From: Octopus sinensis
Lineage: Eukaryota
NCBI RefSeq assembly: GCF_006345805.1
Contig: NC_043006.1
Location: 68,944,001-69,008,000, forward strand
Reading direction: 5' to 3'
DNA length: 64,000 nucleotides
A program made the translations under genes and the position numbers. Shown here piece after piece: positions 55,098 to 64,000 of this stretch; position 1 is the first letter of the stretch, and each line of letters begins with the position of its first letter. The notes below the pieces were generated by a model. The model saw only the letters and a list, made by a program, of their open reading frames with translations, did not search any database and was not told the origin of the DNA.

Positions 55098-55382
55098 TGT
55101 AAATGTATATAGATTTGGAAAAATATTTAAATTATAGTTATTGTATGAATGCCTTATATGTTGGTATTACATAGGTAATATTAAGAAATTTGTGTGTATA
55201 CACACACATATAATATTTATTCAGCAGATTCTCAACATCAAATGGCAGAATCGACACAACAACAACAAAGTCCGCAATCGCTCAGAAATGCCAAGCATTG
55301 AAGCTACCATTCACAAGCATGTCAGATTTAAGCATTATGGAGGCACCAGATGAACCAAACTCGGGCACGAGTAGGTGCCGAT

Positions 55383-55427
<45 letters not shown>

Positions 55428-56147
55428 TGGCGACTCCGGCACTCGGGCTGTTCGGGCTTAGCCCGAGTATAAATTTAGTAAAGTGAACGTGTATTTGCAA
55501 ACTGATTTGATTTCTGCTAACACTGACTTCAAATATATAATTGCAACCAATAACTCGGGTTCCTTTTATTGAGCCTGGTCGCAGTTTATTATTTTCGTTC
55601 AGCGTCTGGCAGTTGTCTTAGAGGCGCCATATATCAAATAATATCATTGCTAGCAGACGTCCTCTCGACATCATTCACATGCGCCTGAATAGGGCTCAGA
55701 AGTTACAGCCCGAGATGTTATGTATAATCGTAAAAAATTAAAAAGTAATTCAAATTCAACTTTTTCTTGAAATGATAAATTTCTATAGAGATTAGAATTT
55801 AAATTCCAATTTATGAAAAGTTTCCATTGTACAATATTCTTAAAGGAACGAAAAATTATCCAGCAATTCGGGCTAATACGAAAGAACCTAGTACAGGCGA
55901 CAGTCAGATCGCTGATGTTTACTGTGCACTACGCTGTAGTTATTTGATTTGCTGTTATTCTGTGCGTTTGCGTGTAAAAGTTAGGGTTCTTTTATTTTTA
56001 GCTCTAACATAGAAATGGAGAAAGACATAGTGCTAGATATTAAAAAAAAAAAAAGAAGCTATTTGAGGCTAGAAATATTGCGGAAAAACGTGAAATTCTT
56101 CGAGCAGAGGCACGTGTCTTATGCGAAATTTGTGATGAGCCCGAATG

Positions 56148-56182
<35 letters not shown>

Positions 56183-56210
56183 TGTATGTATGTATGTATG
56201 TATGTATGTA

Positions 56211-56241
<31 letters not shown>

Positions 56242-56280
56242 ATGCATGTATGTATGTATGTATGTATGTATGTATGTATG

Positions 56281-56321
<41 letters not shown>

Positions 56322-56359
56322 GTGTGTGTGTATGTGTGTGTGTGTGTGTGTGTGTGTAT

Positions 56360-56655
56360 GAAGGCACATGTCCTAGTGGTTAGAGCAGCGGACTCGCGGT
56401 CGAGGGATCGCGGGTCGGAATCTCAGTCCGGGCGATGTGTGTGTTTATGAGCGAAATACCTAAGCTCCCCGCAGCACCGGCAGAAGGCAATGGCGAACTT
56501 CTGCTGACTCTTTCGCCACAACTTTCTCTCACTCTTTCCTCCTGCATCTTGCAGTTCACCTGCGACGGACCGGCCTCCTGTCCAGGTGGGGAACGTATAT
56601 GCCAAGGAAATCGGGAAACCGGTCCTATGAGCCAGGCATGGCACGAGAAGGAACA

Positions 56656-56657
<2 letters not shown>
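56360..56657 (+). mobile_element. tRNA-derived SINE family C
   Basis: Colinear with 23789-24092. Confidence 0.85.
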
Positions 56658-56712
<55 letters not shown>

Positions 56713-56790
56713 AGAGTTTACGAAAAAAACAAAATACGAAGATAAGTGGTGTACAGATGTATTAGTATAACGCTCAGGAATAGAAAAAGT

Positions 56791-56826
56791 CTTTTACGTT
56801 TCGAGCCTACGCTCTTCTACAGAAAG
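56791..56826 (-). ncRNA. minimal hammerhead-like variant in a (TA)n-inserted element (~56710-56902)
   Basis: Minus strand: cttt CTGTAGA a gagc-gtag-gctc GAAA CG TA aaag. Minimal ACGT stem III; non-canonical A6>U in the core. Confidence 0.5.
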
Positions 56827-56901
56827 GGACACAGTAAAAAACAAAGAGAGAAACAAGGAGAGAAAAAAATGTGTGTAGTGGTTAACGATCTATCATGGGG
56901 A

Positions 56902-56984
<83 letters not shown>

Positions 56985-57313
56985 CTGATTTCGGTTTGGC
57001 ATAGCAATACTAATAAGTTGTTAGGACTCAATAGATATATTGAGTACCAACAACTAAAAAACAAAAACAAAGGAGGTGAGTGAGAGAGGGGGAGAGAGAG
57101 GGGAAGGGGAAAAGAAAGAATGAGAGTGACATGTAGATAGATGGAAAGATGTAAATAGATAGTTTTTCAGAATCAGATAAGATAAGCTGGAGACAGCCTG
57201 ATAGAGAGAAGATATGAGATCTAGTGATAAAATACTCGGGTTGTTAATGATTACAGCTTAGAGAGGATTAAATATTACTCTCTTCACGGTGTGTGTATAT
57301 ATATATATATGTG

Positions 57314-57345
<32 letters not shown>

Positions 57346-57904
57346 TTACCTAGGAATGTGATTATAGCCAGTCAGACAGGGAGACAGAGAGACAGAGACA
57401 CGGGAGGGCTTTGATAGTCATTCTATCAACAGCTGTCTGGCTGTGCGGATGGATTTACTGAGATTAGCGTTAATTATGTGTAACTAAGCACTGTATCATC
57501 TTGTTGAGACTCCATATACCTTTCCTACCCAATGTCTTCACGCAAACATACACACTTTCACACACACACACAGACACACACACACACACACACATCTGTG
57601 TATGTAGCTACGTACACGCATGTGCACCTATGTCTGTGTGTATGTGCATATATATACACACATACATATTGTGTATATATATTGTGTATATATATATATA
57701 TTTATGTATATATATATATACATATACAGGCATGTATATATATATATATGTTTGTGCGTTTATAACTGTGTGTCTATGTTTGTGTATATATACATATACA
57801 AATGTATATGTATACACACACACACAAACACACGCACATATATGTGTATAAATATATGTACGTACGTATGTATGTGTGAGTATACATACATACATATATA
57901 TATA

Positions 57905-57969
<65 letters not shown>

Positions 57970-58172
57970 GTATGTATGTATGTGTATGTGTGTGTGTATG
58001 TATATTCTCTAAATAATGTTTTTAAATGGTTAAAAACTTTAAAATAGTTAAAAACTAGAATCTTCTTTCTTCGCGTCAAGGATTCTTTACAAAATGTTTT
58101 AAATTTATGAATTATGCACTAAAGTCGATTCGTTCGACTTTAATTCTTCTAGGCAGTGTCCCAGCATGGCTG

Positions 58173-58213
<41 letters not shown>

Positions 58214-58249
58214 CACACACACACACACATACACACACATTCATGAATA

Positions 58250-58625
58250 TATTCTTTTCTTCTCTAGGCACAAGGCCTGAAATTTTGGGTGAGGGGGCCA
58301 GTCGATTAGATCGACTCCAGTACGCAACTGGTACTCAATTTATCGACCCCAAAAGGATGAAAGGCAAAGTCGTCCTGCGTGCTAACGATTCTTATTTCTT
58401 TATTGCCCACAAGGGGCTAAACATAGAGGGGACAAACAAGAACAGGCAAAGGGATTAAGTCGATTACATCGACCCAAGTAATCAACTGGTACTTAATTTA
58501 TCGACCCCGAAAGGATGAAAGGCAAAGACGACCTCGGCGGAATTTGAACTCAGAACGTTACGACAGACGGAATAGCGCTAAGCATTTCGGCCGGCGTGCT
58601 GACGATTCTGCCAGCTCGCCACCTA
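58250..58625 (-). mobile_element. SINE family B (dimeric)
   Basis: Same consensus. Confidence 0.82.
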
Positions 58626-58914
58626 ACATTTATGAATATAGGATTCCTGTTCATGATGACATGGCTTGAATGGGTTTGCTCACTAGACGGTCGGAGGGAC
58701 CTTAACGAGTTCGCGTTTCATTTTGTCTCGGTTTCTACAGACGGGTGCCCTTCCTAACACCACCCACCTTACAGAATGTACTGGATGCTGCTTTTATTTA
58801 TCCGAGGTCAAATTTGCCTTTCATTCTTTCGAGATCGATAGAATGAGTCCTGGGGTCGTTGTAATAGACTGTCCCACTCTATAAAATCCAGGCCTTGTGC
58901 CTATAATAGAAAGG

Positions 58915-58969
<55 letters not shown>

Positions 58970-58971
<2 letters not shown>

Positions 58972-59450
58972 GAGTGAAAGAGCAGTGCATACCATCAAAG
59001 TGACACTGGGGTAAAATATACGAAGCCCAGTATACCCATCATGACTACCCGTCTGATAAGGGTACACTAGGCACATGCATCACAACCATGTGTGCGCGAC
59101 ATGGTGATCTCATATCAAGATAAACAGCACATGACCTTGCTGGTGGGGCCCAGTTAGAATTTTCTTCAGGTCGAGTAACCCATCCCACCCGAAAGGTCCC
59201 TGAATAAGGGTTGTTTAAGGATGTTGAACGAAACACCCATGTTTCCAGAGGTGAATTATTCAAACCCCAAAGAATCCCTCTCAACACACGGCTATGATGC
59301 TCCCCCACTACTTCTGCTCGTGATCAGAGATGCACATATCGTCAGCCACTAAGGGACTTGCTCAACTGGTTAAGGTCAAACAACTGACAAGCAAATCTGT
59401 GGTATTGAGCAGAATATTTGCTGTAGCCCATCTTTTATACCAAGACATCA
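58970..59450 (-). mobile_element. same (AAT)n-associated element as 21130-22255
   Basis: Reverse-complement match, flanked by (ATT)n on both sides. Confidence 0.8.
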
Positions 59451-59456
59451 TCATCA

Positions 59457-59509
<53 letters not shown>

Positions 59510-60170
59510 TCCTTTGCACAGCTTCTAACGCTGGAGATGTACTACAGTGTCAGCTGTTTACTACCAGTGAAATAAGGTAACACCTCTTTTTTTTTCGAGC
59601 ACCTTCCCAAGTATTCGAGCGTTCCAAAGAGTGCTGTTTTCTGCAAGTGCTCCACCCTTATTGCAGCCCCTATTTGTTCCACGTACTTCTCGAGATTTTT
59701 GCTCACTGATCCCAGGGCTCCGACAATCATTAGTACTACTGCCACCTTTTTCATCAACCACAACTGCTTAACTTCCCAAGCTAACCTGTTATATCTCTCG
59801 GCTTTTCTTTCTTCCTGATCGTATACCTTGTTGTCAGCTGGGCATGCTTTATATCTAAGATCCAGCATAGCTTGTTTTCTTTCTCAATTAAGACTATGTC
59901 CGGCTTCCTATTCTCTATCTCATGGTGCAACTGAATCATAAAATCCCATAGGATCTTTGCATTTCTATTTTCGACAATGCCTTCAGGTTTGTGGTCGTAC
60001 CAATTTTTTGCTCTGTCAAGTCCATGCTTGTTGCAAAGTGTCCAATGGACAAACCTGGCCATATTATCGTGACGTCTCTTATATTCCTTCTGGGCTAGTG
60101 GCGTATATTGGCTCGTAATATGCCATACGGTTTCACTGTTTTGTCTACAGATTCTGCACTTATCACTTTC
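59510..60170 (-). pseudogene. R4/Dong-like non-LTR retrotransposon 3' portion (zinc knuckle plus RLE)
   Basis: DKCRICRQNSETVWHIT...YKRRHDN...ILWDF...RKPDIVLIEK, then frameshifted KAERYNRL...IVGALG. Bounded by (ATT)n. Confidence 0.88.
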
Positions 60171-60300
60171 TTCTTCTTCTTCTCTTCTTCTTCTTCTTAT
60201 TATTATTATTATTATTATTATCATCATTATTAGTATTATTATTATTGTCATTCCATGTGCTCCTACAGTGGCCCTTCTTCTGGCCATTCAAGTAATCTCG

Positions 60301-60420
60301 CCATCCTGAAGACGGAGGCTGGATTTACCGTAATGTTTATATTCATACGCTACTGGTTGCGAACTACATCTATCAACATTATGGCATAATTTTAGATCCC
60401 CTGAAACAGCTGTCGGACCT
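60301..60420 (+). ncRNA. degenerate hammerhead-like motif
   Basis: CTGAAGA at 60306-60312 ... GAAA cagctg TC at 60403-60414 (palindromic stem III). Stem I is weak. Confidence 0.45.
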
Positions 60421-60691
60421 GTAAAACCATAACTTTTCTCTTAGTTTTCTGTGACTTTGTACGCCGTGTAAATCTGTGCTGAAAATATATAAATATATAT
60501 AAATATTTATATGCTTATATATGAATATTCATTTTCTGAGTATTTTCAGTTTTGTTTCTATTTTACACACACGCGCACGCACACACACATATGTATGTGT
60601 ATTTTATATATCTAGCCCAAGCGGTTTTATCTGTTTATTTGCATTATTATCATTCTCCCTCCCTCTCTTTCTCTCTTTCTGTTTTTCTTTC

Positions 60692-60734
<43 letters not shown>

Positions 60735-60749
60735 GCCTGCCTGTCTGCC

Positions 60750-60784
<35 letters not shown>

Positions 60785-60829
60785 ATGTATGTATGTATGT
60801 ATGTATGCATTCAACATTTTTCACGTTGA

Positions 60830-62084
60830 ATGCACCCGAAAAAACTGTGGAAAAATTATTCCGCACCGAGGTAAGAAATATTTACCGAAAGAATAAAATT
60901 GAGAGCAAAAATCCACTCTAAACAAGTCCTTCGTGAAGGAGCCCAACACCCTGGACATGTTGACCTCCGATATGACCTTCGCAATTACTTGCGAAGGCCA
61001 GTTCAGGTTTTCGGTCCAGGCTAAGGGTTCTTCCCTCCAGCCTTCTCGCTTCCTTAGGAAGCTTTCTATCATCCCTCCCTTCAGAAAGAATATGACAAAC
61101 TCATCTTTCCTCTTTCTGGGAGTGGCCACTGCTCCCTCTGTCGGTGGCACACCTCCCACCAACAGAGTTTCGGGGCATGCTGGCAGTTGATCGTCAACTG
61201 CCAATGATGTCCCGTTCTTTTTTCTCTTCTTCTTTTTTTCCTCTTCTCGACGGGAGGGTGGAGTTCCTCCAACTTATCCGGGAGTCCCTCCCTTCCTCCT
61301 TCCACCTCAGAATCCATCGGTGGGCAACCATTGTTGCCCACCTTCTTTCTTCTTTTTCTTTTCGAGGGGGTTACCTCCTCCTCGACTTTTTCTTCCTATC
61401 CCTCCGTTAGAGTATCAGAAGGCTACGTTGTAGGAAAAACATCATCTATTAACTGCTCCAGTACCCTAGCTTGGTTCCTGCAGCAGTTCCTCTTTATGTG
61501 GCCTGCTTCCAGGCACAGGTAACACATGGGGGGGGCGTCCCTCAAAGATCACCGGGTGCCTGGAACCGGCGAACGTCAGAAAATCCGGTAATACTAGATC
61601 TTCGGCTGACTGGGTCCATAGGCTCAAAACAGCTTTTGACACCACCCAGTCAACCGCAGACATAATTTTTACATTCAACAGCCTGGTGTTACTGCCACCC
61701 AGACCCCGGCAGATAGTCCCCTCTATCCACTCGGGCTCAATTCCGGGTGGCAACCCACACACCCAAGGTCTCATTAATTTTCACCCACCGTGTGTGGGGA
61801 GAAACAAAATCTTCTCCCCTTCCACCGGTTGGCACGCAAACTTTGGTGCTTCCGTAGGCGTATCAAAAAGCACACACAGTTCCATACTTTGCTTCCCGAC
61901 GGATAAATTTAAAAGTTGGCAGGTATTCTGCCAACTCTTCCTCAATCTTAGGCTGAGAGAACACAGCGATGGTTTCAAGGATCTTAAAGTAGGTCCTTAA
62001 CACCACCGTTTTCTCAGAATAATTTTAAAGCCATTCTTTGGGGTCCACAATTCGCCACTCCAAAGCGGTATTCTTTGTTGCCAT
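60830..62084 (-). pseudogene. Tx1/L1-like LINE ORF1 (gag-like, CCHC zinc knuckle), frameshifted
   Basis: GLPPGIEPEWI...VIFEGRPP then CYLCLEAGHIKRNC (CX2CX4HX4C), plus a Lys/Arg-rich tail. Putative ATG at 62084. Confidence 0.72.
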
Positions 62085-63259
62085 TTTTTAAAAATCAAAT
62101 AAAAATAAAATGTTCCAAAAACCAGAAAGTCCAAAATGTTCAAATAAAAGTCAATAACAAAACACAAAGAAAGAACAGAAAGACAGACGAGAGGAAAAAG
62201 AGTGAAGGAAGACAGTTAAGCTGGCAATAAAATTACACAGGTAATCCACAATTCGCAGTTCTCCGTCGCATCACAAAAATTAAATTCTTACTGTCTTCGC
62301 ACTCCTTGCCTCAATGGTAAATACAAAGGTAATTCCCGGGCACGAACACAGCCAAAAAAAAAAAAAAGACAATTTTCACAAACAAAATGTTTCCGGAGGG
62401 AATACGCCTCCCAAAAACACAATTCTCACTGCAAAGTGAGTCTTTTCGCAGGACTACAAGCAGGCAAATGTCTGGAACAGAGTGGAGACTATTGCTCAAC
62501 AAAAAATATTAATTACAGAACAACAAACTCCAGTAAGCTCCCAAAGAAAACAAACGCCTTACCTGTAGTCGTGCCTCAATTTTTCTATATTTCACGTCGA
62601 AAGACGTGACTTCCAAGCAGCGTGAAAAAACGCGAACTCTTCTGTAGTGATGTAAGCAAACTACTTACCACACAGCCACTCCTGGACTCACACACACACA
62701 CACACATGCAGGCACACACACACATGCAGGCACACACAAATATATGTGTTTGAGTGTTCTAGTTTATAAGAAGCATTGTGAAATATCGTCAACGTATTTT
62801 AGAGAGCCAGTGCAGTACGAGATACAGTAGTGGAAACAAATGCAAAGGGAAAAAACAGTCTACGCCTTTACTTGTTATATCAATAATTCGGTTTAAAAGT
62901 TCCTTCATCAAAAAGCATGCGGTTATATTTGGTTTGCAAAATATGAGGAAGGATGTGAGATTGAGATATTACAACGTGCCGTGCATAGTGGAATAATACC
63001 ACATTAGGGAATTTTAATAGAGGTATTTCATACATTAATAAAAAAAATATCCTTGTTAGTCGTCAAATTTACAATTTTCTGCTCTGACGTTTGATAGTAA
63101 CTGTAATATCGTGGACATGTTATCTCTCAAGATGTCTGTAACAAATAATAACAAGAACATTTCTATCAATTTGCTATTTAATGTGGATGGGCAGTTTACG
63201 AATGCTGTTTCCTACATAAATAAAACCTCATTTGTAATACGTATGCAATATAATGGTAT

Positions 63260-63925
63260 AATGGTGATTTGCTGTTGGTGATGGTAGTAGTGGTTGTGTT
63301 GGTGGTGGTGAAACTCAGCTTTTTATCGTATGGTGGCGTTTGTGACTGTGACGGGGTTGTGGTTCATGTCGAAGGCGTTAGCGATTGTGTTGGTGGTGGT
63401 GTTAGTGGTTGTCTTGACTGAGGTAGTAGTAGCAGCGGTAGCCGCAGCTGCTTCAATAATATTAGTAGTGTAGTTGGTAGTGGTGTTGTTGTTGGTGGTG
63501 GTGAAGGTGCTGAGAATAGTAGTGGCAGTTTGGGTGGTAGTGCTGGTGGTAGTGACTGTGCTTATATTCGTGTTGTTATTGTTTTTTATGATAGAGCTTT
63601 AGTCGTAGTAGAGGTGGTGGTGGCAATTCTGGTAGTGTTGATGGAGGTAGTTGTGTCGGTAGTGTTGATGGTGGAGGTGTGGTAGTGGTGGTGGTGGTGA
63701 TGGTGGTGGAGATGATGATGGTGACGTTGACGGTGGGGGTGATGGTGGTATGGTGGTGTTATGGTAGTAGTGATGGTGGTAGTGGTGGTGTGGCGGTGGT
63801 GTGATGGTGGTGTGATTGTGGTGGCGTAGGGATGGTAATGGTGGTGTGGTGATGATGGTTTTAGTGGAGGTAGTGGTGGTGATGGTCTTAGTGGTGGTGA
63901 TGAGTGTGGTAGTGGTGGTGATAAT
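63260..63925. repeat. (GGT/GAT/AGT)-rich low-complexity tract
   Basis: Directly visible. Confidence 0.85.
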
Positions 63926-64000
63926 GTAACATCAATGAAAAATGATGTGACTACCGAAGTAATGAGAATGTTGACAGATTGTCCAGTGAAAGCGAGATCG

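Overview
Eukaryotic, AT-rich and microsatellite-saturated DNA. The SINE families and overall composition suggest an octopus/coleoid cephalopod genome (inference). Almost all ORF-track entries are translations of simple repeats. One credible host gene is present: a BAMBI-like TGF-beta/BMP pseudoreceptor on the + strand, with two phase-compatible coding exons (23122-23397, a 10-Cys ectodomain; 25591-26120, TM plus kinase-less tail) and a weak candidate signal-peptide exon (8714-8789). The rest is transposable-element debris: several SINE families, mariner/Tc1, Tigger/pogo, a hAT MITE, RTE, CR1-like, R4/Dong-like, Tx1/L1 ORF1, Penelope GIY-YIG remnants and a 47-bp minisatellite. The most striking unannotated signal is a set of type I hammerhead-ribozyme motifs and hammerhead-centred fold-backs, most beside (TA)n or (CA)n tracts. 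The best is a ~1.3-kb head-to-head palindrome (4482-5787) built from a ~485-bp unit carrying a canonical hammerhead, which resembles a Penelope pLTR or non-LTR retrozyme. Coordinates were read by eye; repeat boundaries are approximate.
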